From Parasitella parasitica NRRL 2501 (lineage: Eukaryota > Fungi > Mucoromycota), in NCBI GenBank assembly GCA_025201805.1, contig MU619278.1, forward strand, positions 56,787-120,786: a stretch of DNA of 64,000 nt. Direction: 5' to 3'. Below, piece by piece: positions 27,062 to 41,866 of this stretch (its first letter is position 1; every line of letters starts with the position of its first letter). A model generated the notes under the pieces. It made no database searches, was not told the origin of the DNA, and saw nothing but the letters and a program-made list of their open reading frames with translations. Position numbers and translations under genes: made by a program.

Positions 27062-27895
27062 ATGGATAAAGTCGTACTGAAGGACATTCAGGATTTGATC
27101 CGTAGACCGGTCAGTTCTGAAATGTTAGCATTCGTGGCCGATCAAGCAGCATTGGTCATACCGTGCTACCATACAACTGCACCAACAACGACTGCAGCTG
27201 GTGTGCTACCTCCATTGCATTCGTTTATTGGGTTCTTGGTGAAGAGATCCTCTGTTCGTGCTGGCACACTATTGGGATCCTTGGTCTTTCTGCGTAGACT
27301 ACAGCAATCACTGTCCAACATTGCGAAGGGCATGGCGTGTACGTCTCACCGTATATTTCTCGCTACACTCATCGTTACTTCAAAAGCCTTACATGATACA
27401 TCGCCTAAGAACAAACATTGGGCTAAATATGCAGCTTATTTTACGTTGCCAGAAATTAATTTAATGGAAAAGCAGCTATTGTCATTGATGGTAAATACAA
27501 CAGTATAACAATATCCAGTAAATTTAAAATTAAAAAAAAAGCTAAACTTTATATCCACATCATTATAGAACTACCATGTTCTGATTTCTGCTGCAGATTT
27601 GTCTAATGCGTACTACAGATTCAAGCAGTACACAAATCCTCCCTCTGTCTTAACGAAGCCTATTGCAGTGTTGGCGACAGCTCAAAATAATGCAAACGAA
27701 GCCGATATTCCAACCTACGCCGCAGCTACCATCTACTTGAGTCATACGTCGCTATCAAATTCCTCTCTATCTTCCTCCCTTTCTTCAGAATCCGACTCGT
27801 CTGTTTCGACAATAGACGACAATACTACAGAGACTTACTATTACAAAATACCGCCTGAGGCTCATATTCGACATAGAAAAAATTATCAAGTTTAG
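27062..27895 (+). CDS. Pho85-type cyclin (Pcl1/Pcl2 family)
   Basis: LPPLHSFI, TLLGSLVFLRRL, GMACTSHRIFLATLIVTSKALHDTSPKNKHW, EINLMEKQLL. One intron about 27491-27568. Confidence 0.9.
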
Positions 27896-28984
27896 ATTCT
27901 TTGTTGTTGTATGTTGATCATAAATAAAGAATTTTGTGTTTAATAACAAAGATGCAATGCTTAACTATACGTAGCTGCAATGTAATGCAAAAGGCAGTTA
28001 TATTATTATTTACCATACAACTAAACAGACATTATTTTTTATTTTATTTTTTGCCACTATAATATCAAACAAATTGCACGGTCTATCAAGCATGTATTCG
28101 TTCACTATATTTTATAGATCGCCATATCAATATGAGAATATGATGATGGCAAAAGCAAATTATGCTCGGTCCCTTTTTCAAACAATTCTCTCCTGCATTT
28201 AGCATCGTATTCCTCAGATCGAGAGCGCAGAGGGTAATTTTCAACTGTTGATCGATGAGAAATCACCAAAACATTAATCTATACTAAAGGAGCCACGGGG
28301 CATGCGTTTGTTATGCACACAATTCAAGAAATGAAATTACTAACGTTACTCGGTATTATATGCAATCCATATTAGCCGCATTTAACCATTCCTTTATGGA
28401 ATTAGGACGCTAGCTCTTTTATGGCCATTTTCCATGGTATTTATTTCCAAATGTTGCGTTACTCATGCCTATACGCGGCATAAACGTCAAATGCTTGGCT
28501 ACCGCCATCACCCAGGAATTTTCAGAGAGACAAAATTGCTTTTAAGATCACCAAGATCACTGTAATACATATCAAATAAAAAGATAGCCATGATAATACA
28601 GTAAAAGAGATACTTGGCTTGCAATCTATCAATTTTGTAATCTAATGAGGCTTAGAAGTTCTGGCAGGGGTAAAAACATTGATAGTTGATCATTATGCTA
28701 TTTACTGATGTCAACCTACCGCTAGCCCAGGTTTAAAAAGCTTTACTACAGGGCCAATATCAGTGGGCTTCGCTTACTTTCCTAAAGCATGTCATTTTAA
28801 AACAATCTCGAATCTTGAATCAATTTGTACATCTACTCCCAGGCATTAGGTAAAGGTATTTGGCATTGCGTAATTCATTTGCTAATGTTGTCAACAAGGA
28901 CGATATTGAGCAATGCAGCTTGACCACTCTTCAAATAGAAGGTAATACTATGATGCAGCTTCAAATAATGGGATTATCTTTATT

Positions 28985-29621
28985 TTAATTCAATAACTGT
29001 AATAATTTTGAAATGAATGTAGGGAGGTTTTCTCGTTCGAACTCAATATCTTCCCTGAAAAAGCTTGGAAATGTTGCTAATAATCTTAAATCTCGCTGAC
29101 GATCCGAAGGGCTGTAAAAAACGTAAGCATCTTTCCCTCTTCCAATAGACAATGCGAATTGGAAAGCTATGAATATACTGATATTGAGTACATGTCAAAA
29201 ATCATGATATAAAACTTACTTCCGTTTTTGCCAGCAATCACGCATTTATAAGCAGTGATGCCGTCTCCCTTTTTTATTTCTCTCACAATCACGCCAGTCA
29301 AATCTTCATAAAGATCAAGCAGACTTCGTGGTTCATCCAATGCTGTTTTAACCTTTTCTTTTAAATCTGCATTCTCACTTTGAAGTTGACTAACTAAAAC
29401 AACAAAAACGTCAGTCTTGCTGTCACTTGTACGAGGGAAGCCGAATTGTATCAAAGTGAATCATATCTCATCTTATTTTGGCATGCCGTTTGGTGTAAAA
29501 TATGATGTATATAATTTCACCAGAAGACAAAGCTTTTGGGCTCCCTTGGTTTCGTAAATCAAACTTACTTAAAGCTTTCAATTCTGTCGTGTCACCTTGC
29601 TGCTGCTGCTGTTGTTGCTGC

Positions 29622-29662
<41 letters not shown>

Positions 29663-30438
29663 TTGTTGCTGATGATGATGATTGTTTTCCAATACTGGTG
29701 AGATATCTTTATCCTTTAGAAACTCTTCAACTTGATCACGAAGCGCAATATACCCTTCTTCCGTTGGTTGACGCCATTCAACAATATTCTCTAAAGACTC
29801 CTCTTGTTTAGTAGTTCGCGTATGCAACAGCTCCTCATATAATAAAGTTTTTTCGATCAAATGATCTTTATACTAGATGACGTGATTAACATCAAGGACA
29901 TTGGATCCAAAAGTATTTGTCTTACCAGTTGGACTAACTTTTGCGCTTCACGTAACTCTTGCTTGCATCGACGCTCATCCCAAGAGGATGCTGAATCGTA
30001 TAAATCATCAGTTCTGCTGATTTCCATTGAATCCTGTATTTTTGGTTCTTTGGCCTGAGGAAAGTCATCCTGATCCATAGCTGCTCTTTTTCTGCTGATC
30101 TCATGCCTCATATTGTTGTTGCCATCGTTATTGTTAACATTACTATTGTTTGTGTTATTTTCTCTCAAAGTTTGAGTGGCCATAATTTCACTTAATTGAA
30201 CGGTTCTTCTTCTGGAAGGTGGTATTTTGTCGAATGAGTCCTCCATCAGCCTCAGAGGATCATTTGCAGCACTTCGGGGAGCAGGGAGAGGAGTAGAATT
30301 CACCAGGTTTGTGTCTTGTTGTGTCGCTTTTGGCCTGCCAAAACTAAAGCGATTCGCAGTAGTAAGTCTCTTTCGCGGTAAACTCATTGCTTCCTGATGT
30401 AACACGTCTCTGTTCATTTTATCAAGTGTATTTTGCAT
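28985..30438 (-). CDS. Monopolin subunit Csm1/Pcs1-like protein with long N-terminal extension and polyQ
   Basis: C-terminal exons LLDLYEDLTGVIVREI...YKCVIAGKNG / FQFAL...YSP...RDLRLLATFPSFFREDIEFERENLPTFISKL match the Csm1 RWD pattern, preceded by a coiled coil. Confidence 0.72.
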
Positions 30439-30464
30439 CGAGGAATTCTTTGCTATAGTTATGA

Positions 30465-31526
<1,062 letters not shown>

Positions 31527-31613
31527 TCGCCGCGTTTTGCATCAATTGCAATACAATTTTATTTTTTAAAAGGAATCCATTTTTGCAATTAAACAAAAAA
31601 TCATTTAATTACA

Positions 31614-33136
31614 ATGGCCCGCCATATTATGGTAGGCATTTTGATGCCAATTTTAGTCTTTTCTATATTATCTTATACCTGTTTCCACTATATCTTCACT
31701 ATTCAAGGTACGTTAACTTACGCATCTTTACCCTATGGCCCTCACTGATACTACTTGTTATCCAAAGCCACTATCCTGAGTAATGAAAAACCATGGTATA
31801 CAAGCATAAAATCAGGTATTTCAGGGAATAACATTGAATTCGGCTGGTCTTGCTAACTGGAGTGAAGTTTCTGCATTTGTGTTATATTTGCAGAGCTTGA
31901 TATCCTATTTTGTTATCATGCTAAGACCTGCAGTAAAGCTTCCCTTGAGAGTTGATGAAAAATTGGAAGCACAACAAGCAGATACATTTCCATTCCCAAA
32001 GCATTATCACATGATAAATTGCGCAGATACACAACTTGTCGCGCTATCGTTGTCAGGAGAAAAAGGAGAGCCATTATATTGTGAGCGATGTGAAACCATA
32101 AAACCTGAAAGAACACATCATTGCAAGGAATGCGATAGATGCGCACCGAAAATGGATCAGTAAGTGTATTCAAAGAAACTGATTTCCTGCTTATCATCTA
32201 ACTATACTTGATTATATAGTCATTGTATCTGGTACGTAGTACATAATACATGTATAATTTTGTCAAGCGTGGAGCTAGTAGAATAGACACTGAATTGATT
32301 GATGTAGGATTAATGGTTGCGTTGATGAAAGCAACTACAAATATTTCTTCATGTTTGTGTTTTATGTAGCAGCTTATGCACTCTGGGTAGAAATAAATGT
32401 CATTCCATTACTATTCAAGAACATAGCTCAGCAAAATGGAGGAAGCATCACATGGGCCATTTGCTGGAGAGCCTACAAAATATATCTTGCTTGCATTTAT
32501 TATTTTTGGAAAAATATCGCATTTATGATTATCAACCGAAAGTGGATACCTATCTTGACAGGATTACAGAATTCAGGTTTTGGAGGCATTACATTTCACT
32601 GGTATAGCGTTGCAGCCTTGTAAATTGTTACACACTAGCATGTACATATACCTTTAATACTAATCTCGTTGATATATCTAGGGGATTGTTATTCGGTTTG
32701 ACATTACTGGGATTTACTGCTGTTCATTTTTACTATATTATCAAGAATCAAACGAGCATTGAGCATATTACCAGTAGACCAACTTATATTCGTGCAGACT
32801 TTGATAAAACTGGCCATAATTACGAGGTGATATTCGTTGAGCAAGTCTCCACGATGTATCATCTGGGTTATTACAAGAACTGGTGTTCAGTTATGGGGTC
32901 AAATCCATTTATTTGTCTATGTAAAGAGTTTGTTTAAACGTGGTAACGTAGATATTAAAAGATACTAATTAAACAACTTTTACCTTTCCCTCGCCATAAT
33001 AGTACCATTCGCTAGCCTTTTGACTAGCAATACAACAAATTTATTAACTAAGATTTATCCGTACAATGACCAGTTCACCAAAAAAATCACAGAGGCAGCT
33101 CAAATTCAACGAGAACGTAGGCTTAGAGAGACATAA
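31614..33136 (+). CDS. DHHC palmitoyltransferase
   Basis: [37 protein letters not shown]..NYKYF after splicing, NQTSIE (TTxE-like), NWCSVMG, multiple TM segments. Confidence 0.92.
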
Positions 33137-34025
33137 ATCTCGTATTTGGAAAAAAAATTAACAGAATTTCTTGAGTTGTATAAATAAACTGTACAAAAAC
33201 AATTCGACATCGCTATATGCCCCCAACGTATCGAATACTTCCCCTTGAGCCAATGCTTTGTCTATAGCAAATGTACGCAAATAATTATCAAAACGTCGTA
33301 GTATTTTACTTTCATTTGCACAACAAAACGCAGACGTTTATATATATTTTTCTTAAATAACAATAACTGTTATGTTCTGATAAAGAGCTTTTTTTTTTTT
33401 TTAACAAATTGATTTTTAGATTGTGATATAAATGTTGTGCCAGTGTAATAAAGGGCGTAGCGAAATGTTTTGTAAACGTTATATGAAAAGAAGTAAATGG
33501 GACTTTCTTTGAATAAAACAAGAAGATTTATATTGACATAAGATATGATCTCTACTTATACTCAAAAATATATCCTAATCAATGTTATCCACAAAACATC
33601 TGATGTTTGACACTTCTTGTCAAACATTATTAAATAACAGCATCTCCAGGACAGATTATTCTCCTATTATACATTGAATAGAAGGTGTTCTCTCAGCATT
33701 GAATGTGGATTTAATGACTATAATAGGCAGCAATCCACAAGTGTATTGAATACGCGGCCCATATGTGTGATTTCAAGAAACTCCATTTAGCCTACATGAC
33801 TTTGTAAACATATAATACAAACAGCTCGTGCACTATCGAAGAAATAAGCAGGCGAAATCGCTGTTTTTTACCCTAATGGTTTATTGTTCTCAAAGTGGTA
33901 TCTGCAATACAACTTATATCTCAAATGTTCTGGTTCCTGCTTTAGAAAAGAAAATAGCTACATGAATAAAAAGACTCATTATCATGGCCACGTGCAAAAT
34001 CAAATAATGAACAAGAAGCGGAATA

Positions 34026-34059
34026 CTATGCATTATTAAAATCTATGCATTATTAAAAT
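34026..34059. repeat. 17-bp perfect tandem duplication (CTATGCATTATTAAAAT)x2
   Basis: Directly visible. Confidence 0.85.
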
Positions 34060-35652
34060 CTGCAGAAAAAAAAACTAGTAAATTCTACATTATATGGCAC
34101 TCCAAGTGTAATGTTTACATGCTTGAAACAGTAGATGATAAAGTTTCAAACAATATAAACCAACAACAATATCGCAAAAATGCAAATGGCGAGTCTTAAC
34201 GGCTGCTGCTTGTGTGAAAAAATTGCCTGATTATAAATAATTTTGATTTTCCAGAGCAATAAATGTGAACAATGATAGCCAACTTTAAGTTACCTTCAGG
34301 ATATCGCTGGCTATACTAACTACGTGACTCCAGCAAACAATGACACAGTTGTTGTCGAGTTAACAGAGGATCAATATGTCTCTCATCCCTACTGAGGATG
34401 ATGTCGGCCCTGTTATATCTAGTGATATGCATTTGATGACTTGAATTTGTCATCTCTGAATCCCTTCCAAATTAAATGGACATTTTGAACGAAAGAACAG
34501 GTCGTGGAAAATCATTCTTTATTGGCCTCTTCTTTCAATCCACCTACATCGGGATGCATGAATATTCAGTAATTGTGGTGATCCATCCTTGATTTAAATG
34601 GTGAATATTTTTTGCTGACCAATTGCTGAAATCAACATCATTCAGCAAGTATTGTGTACAGTCTGGCTGGCGGCTGCAAAAAATCAAGTTGGCAGCTTGT
34701 TAGCAAATGATTGTCGTTTTGTCTCTCACAACTACGTCTGGTCTACAACTTCCGGAACTACTTCTACTTATGTCATATAATGCTTATGTTGGTGTTTGGT
34801 GGTGTTATATCAATAACATGGCAAGGTCTCACAACAGGGTCTCAGATCCGTCCCAGGGCCTTACAGTAAATTATGGGTAGTCATGATTTACATTATGCGG
34901 CTAGACAGTAGAATCCTAGCGTAATGAATGTGTATATAATACATCGGGAAATTTTTTGGCTGATTCATTGTATCAGACCTTTGAAATAACACTTTTAAAG
35001 GTATACATGTAGCTAGTTGGTGGAAGCAGCGGGTCTAATCACTACCGTTCCTTACAGCAATTGAAACCTGCACCTAAAGAAGAAAAACAAAGTCGACTAT
35101 ACAAGGTTTCCTCAATAATGATGAGAAGAATAAAGAGCCAGTGATGGTTTGGTTTGAAGCCTATGGCAAGTATGAAGATGCTCTGAAAGCTTTTGTCGCG
35201 AAGTTCAGGCAAATCTATAAGGCTCAAGTAAATAAGACATACAAGAACAAAGCGAAGCTAGACTTGAAGCCTACATGTGAAGAGTTGAAGTCTCAAAACT
35301 CTGCTATGGCTAATGGAAGAAGGGTTCTTGATGAGGCCATCTATGTAGCATCACAAAAATTGATCTTAAGGTTAAAGCGACCCTCAACGGTATAGTGTTA
35401 AAAAAGCAATTTTCTTTCAGGATGAAATCGATAGATGGATTAACAAAAACAAGTAATAAAATAAAAACACTGTACTTTTCCCTTTCTTTTTCATATCGTG
35501 GAAATAACTTGGACAGCATCAAGCGCTATAACTGCAAGCCGACGATGAAGAAGCATACCAGTACCAAGATACAAAACTCTATTTTATCGGAAAACCATAC
35601 CATATTGGAGGCCGGAACGGAGGCAACTGAGGTTGTCTTGAGCATGACAGGC

Positions 35653-35860
35653 AATCAAGATGTTGCCGAAGTGGAGGCCAAAAATGTGGTAAAATACCCG
35701 CCCCTGGTATCATCTTTGGTGATCTTTCCCCTTAGAAAGATACGAAGAAGAAAGGGAAAAGCACAGTATTTTTATTTTATTACTTGAATACTATGCAAAT
35801 AAAGCGTGGCTCAGAGAGCATTTACCACATTTTGGCCTCCACTTCGGCAACATCTTGATT
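35653..35860. repeat. ~40-bp inverted repeat pair with 127-bp spacer (MITE-like/fold-back)
   Basis: 35653-35693 AATCAAGATGTTGCCGAAGTGGAGGCCAAAAATGTGGTAAA is the reverse complement of 35821-35860, apart from one A indel. Confidence 0.9.
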
Positions 35861-36000
35861 TTTACTAAAAATCCAGTTTGCACAACATTCAATTCGTAAA
35901 GGCGTTATCCAATGAAACCAACGGAACATTTTTCGTATTTGATTAGAAATAATTTTTTTGTGGGTTTTAGACATTTCTTTTCTCTACTCAATTATTTACA

Positions 36001-37686
36001 ATGGGCTTTTTCCAATCGATTTTCAGCAAGGATAGAGGGGGACACCACGTAAAAAAAGATGTGGTTACTCCCAAAGACATGGCCATTACAGCAGCCACAA
36101 CTCCAGCACCAATAAATCACAGCACTAGCGCAACAGAAGAAACCGTACCCGATCAACCTCTACACAGTCGTCGTAGTAGTCGTCATAGCATCTCTTCACA
36201 GCACATTTTACCAGCAACTAGCCCAACTATTCCATTGTCCCCTCAGCAATCTAGATCCACAAGCACGCACCCCAGTTCTCCTCCCTTATCACAGCGAACA
36301 TCTAGCGAAGCAGCCCGTCGATTCCAATTATTCGAGGATGGCACACATACCCACCATCTGACGCACCCGGCTCAAAATCGGATTGCTGCCTCGCTCAACG
36401 GCCTTGTGACAGGGATCGCTAACAAATCCTTACGCCTGACACAGTGGGCCGAGCGAAAGGTGTCTATCGAGGAAATTATAAAGGAGCGGGCTGCATTAAA
36501 TGCACGCTTGCATCGCAAAGCAAGCGAAAGAACTCTGGCTGAAAAGTGGGGCACGTGCCAGGAGACCGTTGGGAAGGGCACGTCTGGCGTTGTCAGGGTG
36601 GCTCACAAGACGGAGGGAACAGGTGAACGTTTGTACGCCGTGAAGGTATCGTAAAATCTCATTTTCACTACCACTATATACATATATATTTATATATAAA
36701 AACCACTCATTCTCTCACGTACACACAATCATCAGGAGTTACGCAAAAGGGCTCAGGAAACAGCAAAAGATTATATAAACCGATTGACCTCAGAGTACTG
36801 CCTATCATCGACAATGCAGCATATAAACGTCATCCGAACTTTTGATCTGCTACCTCAGAATGAGACTTCGCCAATATTTTGCCAGGTGATGGAGTACAGC
36901 GGTGGTGGTGACTTATTCGATGTCCTGTATGACTCTCCAGACGGGTTGGGTGTAGCAGAAGCAAACTGTTTCTTCAAGCAATTAATACGCGGCGTTACCT
37001 ACTTGCATAACATCGGCGTAGCTCATCGAGATTTGAAGCCTGAAAATCTGCTTTTAACAACAACCGGATGTCTCAAGATATCTGATTTTGGATGTGCTGC
37101 TTGTTTCAAGGGTGCAACTGTGGACAGTGATGGAGAAGAAGACGACGATGAAGAAGCATGTTCCAAGATCCACCTCATGAAAGGGCTGGTTGGATCAGAG
37201 CCTTATATTGCGCCTGAAGAGTTTATTAAGGAAAACTACGATGCACGCCAGGTTGATGTCTGGAGCTGCGGTATCATTTACATGGCCATGCGCAAAGCTA
37301 CACATCTGTGGCAAGTTGCCAAAAGCGGAGAAGACGAGTCTTACGACAAGTATCTCAAATTTAGACAGCTTTTGGATGAAGAAAGAGAGAATGCTAGAAG
37401 AGAACATTCCCAACGAAAGAATCTAGAAAAAACGCTGACCGAGGAAGAACGAAGTCTAGAACGAGCGAAAAGAGAAGCTGGTGTGTTGAAGGCTAGAGAG
37501 ACGATTCGAAAAAAAGCACGCGAAGGAAGATTCGATACGTTGGAAGGAATCGACATTCAGGCCAAGAAGGTTGTTTACCGCATGTTGGATCCCAATCCAA
37601 ACAAGCGCATTACTGCCAGCGAAGTGCTAGAAACAGATTGGTGCACAAAAATATGGTGCTGTCAGCCCGATGAAGTAAGCGCATAG
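36001..37686 (+). CDS. Ser/Thr protein kinase, HAL/NPR1/HRK1 family
   Basis: VGKGTSGVVR, YAVKE, RLTSEYCLSS, HRDLKPENLL, KISDFG, GSEPYIAPEEF, DVWSCGIIY. One intron about 36646-36736. Confidence 0.93.
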
Positions 37687-37756
37687 ATATAGATTCTTGT
37701 TTTTTTCTCAAGTGTATTTTATTGAACTGTATATATGATAATAATATGATAATAAA

Positions 37757-39902
37757 TTAACTCTTTAAAGAGGAAGACGATGATGGCGCTAAACTACTAA
37801 TGGTGGTATAATCGGTAACTGCGGTATTGGTATCACAGACCATTTGCAATCGTTTTCTATCCTTTTCTAAACGCTGGCATTCTTGGTTTGCCTTTAAATT
37901 CTCCTGTTCTAGGATGTCTACTTTGTTTTTCATGTCCAACATGCGTTCAACGAGTGCTGTGAGTGCATCTTTCGACATTATTTGCTGGTGCTGTAGCTCC
38001 TCGTTTTCCTGTTTGAGTTGGCTGTTTTCTTTTTTCAATTCAATGCACTCCCGCTCGTATTTTGTGTTGTGGAATGCGCTTTCCATTGTGAGTTTAAGGG
38101 CGTCTCTCTCTGCTTCGACGTCCATCTTGTCCAGCCTTACTTGCATCAAGTCATCTTTCAATTCAATGGCTTCTCGTTGCGCTTGAGACAATGCCAGCAG
38201 TAAATCCTCGATTTGATGGTGCAGCTGCGATACATCCGGCTCACGCAGAGACGAAATAGATGCTCGGTCTGAGTCCATAGATTTCTTTGGCGGCGCACTG
38301 CTGTACCAAGACATTGTCTTTTTCTTTCGATTGTTTTGGCGTGTCTCCTTTGTGTTCCTAGACCAGAAATTGAACCGAACAGCCAGCACTTGTTCCGTTT
38401 GCTTCTGCTCTTGCTCTAGTTCTGTAACGTAGGTTTCTGCTATGTGGTCCATCTTTTCTTTGGTGATAAGCCCACTTAATTCGACTGCATCTGAAATAAC
38501 TTGGGTGGGATCGTTATTATAGGCATCGTATAGTTTGTTGGACAAAAAATCCAGAATATCTTCAAACTCTGTCAACTGCATCAGCTTTGATTCAGAGCGT
38601 TTTAGCATGGCAATCGATACACGCATGATTGTCTCGGCAGCGCCTTCTGCAAATACAATGTCGTATATTCGAAGAATCAGCTCCATGGGAAAAGCGTACG
38701 CAAATAATGTTAAAAACCATTGCGACGCATACATTGGCACGTTAACCTCATGAAGCTTTAAAAAATCAGACAAATCCGGAAGAATCTGGCCCAACAAACT
38801 TGAAAACTGGTACAGTCTCAACTGTAAACCCTCCATATTCAACGTAAACATAGTCCTCATCTCATAAGTCTCCATCAGCCTAGTTGTAGCTCATTAGGTC
38901 TAATGCATATATACGGTAGCTTTTTGATTGTGTATTTTACTTACCTCACAAATACACAAAAGGCCTGTTGTTCGGGCATCTACATGATAAAACGGGGTTA
39001 TTCAGAATGATGTATGGGTAGATTCAAGGAGGATCTTACATTCAACAATAAAGGTCCAACTAGAAATGCCAAACCTTGGCAATACCCAACTAAAGAGTCA
39101 TATAGACTGTATGCTTTCAAGACTCGTTCCAGCGCTTGCTGTCCTGTGCCACCTTCTTTCTTAAACATCTCAATGCCGGGAAATGTTCTGGCTAAATCAC
39201 GCTGAATGATGCGTTCATACGGCGAATGTTCAGCAACTAATTGACCGTATACCGTTTCCAAGTTTAAGGAAGCAGACTGCGACATGGCTTGCCAGATAAC
39301 GCCTCTCACTTTGGTAGGAATGCCAGCTCGCAATTTGGCTGAAACGAGATGAGGCAATTTGAGTGCAGCTACACTAAAATCTTCGGTAAGTGCAGTCCAG
39401 AACTCCCAATCGATGTTGTCTTTTGCTGTAGCCTCATCGGCTGAGGTAACAGCTAGGTTTTGGATCGTAGACAGGTGGCATTTAAGCTGATTTGACTGAA
39501 TACACACTGATTTTGGGTCCTCATCCAACTTTGCATTTTGTCTTTCAATCTGAGCAAGAATGAACTCTATCGAATCCTGTGTGTTTGTATGCTTATTAGC
39601 GTATAATAACTAGAAAACAAAAAGTGCATCTGGGCTACCTGTGGCGGTAGATTAGCATTCTCTTCCTCTAATCTTGGTAGTAATTTAAGGTCTCTTTCTT
39701 TTTTCAGGTGAGAGGCCGTATGTAGGCTGTTTGTCCTTCGCCTGCTCGTTGGACCACCACGCAACGAACCGCTTGTGGTTCTTGTCGGCGACAATAAGAG
39801 ATTGTGTCTGATAGTCGAGCTTTTTGAGGTGCGTAAATGAAGTGGCGGTCTACGAGTGTATTCTTCTTGCTGCTGTTCGAAAGCGTTTGCGAGTTTAGAC
39901 AT
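37757..39902 (-). CDS. TBC-domain Rab GTPase-activating protein (Gyp5/EVI5-like) with C-terminal coiled coil
   Basis: GIPTKVRGVIWQ, IQRDLARTFP (Arg finger), GYCQGLAF (Gln finger), YASQWFLTLF. Confidence 0.93.
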
Positions 39903-40031
39903 GATATAAAACCTTGAAAGGGGTGGGGGGGGGAACAAGGCACATGTTTTTATTTAAACTGATTTTATAATGTGCACAAATCGCTGCAAAACTCCGTTTT
40001 TATTTGTGTGTGTGATGTACAGTAGTTGGAA

Positions 40032-40940
40032 TTAGGTACGCAACCAATATAAAATAATGAGGATTGTACAAGCAGAAACTACGCCTGCCATGATCAGAGT
40101 ATCGCGCTTTCGTCTAGTATTAATTCTCGATATAATATTGTTGATGCCAGGTATGCGATCTTTTTTTTTTTTTTTTTTCGGTGTAGTCAGTGAATCGTAA
40201 CATCCATTGTTCTGATTGCGATTTACTTACTAACGATCCCTCCAACTCTTTGATTCACTCCATGCATAATACGCCCTTGTCTGGATACATCTTGTCTTGT
40301 AGCGTACGCTTGTCTATCAGATTACCATCAGTACAAGCCCCAACCCTCTCTTTCTTTCTTTCTGCAGGCCTACTCACTCCAAGACCATGTCTGTCATACG
40401 ATGGGAGCTCTCAATCCGATTGCGTTCTGTCAAGTAATAGTCTGCATTGTCTCTATTTCCTGAATTAAATGTCCTGATTTCATCCTGCACTTGGTTCATT
40501 AGATCCGCTCTATCCCTTGCCAGCTTTATGCTGGCTTTAACTCGTCGAAAATCTTTGGTATAATCATACAATATGTCTTTATGTCTGCTCAACAGGTGTA
40601 TCATGGATGGATTTGTAGGTGTGGCGCTGGGTCTATCCAGAAAATCACCCATGCGAGCAATTACATCTTGCAACTGGATACAAAGACAATCAATAACCCA
40701 CGCAACCTAGTAGCATAGCGTCACAAGTACCTTTGTTAACTGTTCCTGGGTCTTGGATTCCTGTCCTGTGTTGTCGAGGCCTGTGGATTGTCCGAGTTTC
40801 GATAATATCGCGAGTTTGTTTTCAATTTCTCCCTCCAAAGTTCGGGCTTCTTTTCGCAGCTGGTCCCAAGATTGAGTCAGTGTGGTGTTTTGGTTTGAAT
40901 CAAGTAAAGGTTCGAGTGAAGGAGAAGGGATCCTTTGCAT
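40032..40940 (-). CDS. GOS1: Golgi SNARE Gos1/GOSR1
   Basis: SWDQLRKEARTLEGEIENKL, HLLSRHKDILYDY, ERNRIESSHRMTD, IPGINNIISRINTRRKRDTLIMAG followed by a C-terminal TM segment. Confidence 0.92.
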
Positions 40941-41194
40941 TTTCGTTTTGTTGGGTTGAAAAAGGGAGTGAGGGAGAAAATTGAAAAGCGGCTATCAAAC
41001 AGTGGTATTTCTAGCAGTGACAACTTTCAATGCAAATTACAGCCACTTTAGATTAAACATATTCAAATAGATGCAGCTATTTGAGGATGTGATGTAGCTT
41101 CTTTTGTCACAATAAGCAGTGAGTGTAAGACAAGCGCTACACAGTGTTATATCACACAAGCAGCGAGATCATTTATATTTAAACAAAACTTGGT

Positions 41195-41832
41195 TTATTG
41201 TGCTTTATTATCATCTGTTGCGGTATGGGATCTAGCAGTAGAAGATGTTGGCGATGTAGTATTAGTGTTAGCTTTTGTGTTCGCATTCGGATCAATCAAT
41301 GTTGGTCTGGTTGTTAAAGCCAAAAGTCGTTTATCGGTATAGCCAGACTGGAATACAGAGATTAACATAGAACATTCATTTACCATGGTACAAGGACTTA
41401 CACTTAACAAATCTTGCTCTCTAGGCACTCGTATCTGTAACATGGTTTGGTTTTTCAAACTTTGCTTCAAAACTCGTTTTAATGAATCATCTCTGTTTAA
41501 TAGACACTTCCACAACCCATCAAACCCTTTGTATTGCAGAACCATGCCAGAGATTGAATTATCTTGAAACGATAGCTTCAACCAAGCAATAAGTGGCTCA
41601 ATGGTAGCATCGGCTGTAGTTTGTTTTGGTTTTTTTAAAAATAAATAAAAGATTAAATGGCTATATTGCTTTGGATAGCCTTTTGTGTACTTACGAGACA
41701 ACTGAAAGTATAGTGTACGAGTAAAGCCCAAATGATTTACTTCGATAATGACGCCGCTAGGTGGTGCCTGTGCTGTAGCAGCAGTCTTGGTATTGTTTGC
41801 TTGCACTTGAGCAGTTGCATCTGCTTGTTGTG

Positions 41833-41866
<34 letters not shown>

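Noticed and set aside
33500-35400. Coding-like decayed sequence including the 84-aa ORF 35141-35395
   Set aside because: Probably an old mobile-element relic, but I could not identify any diagnostic motif.
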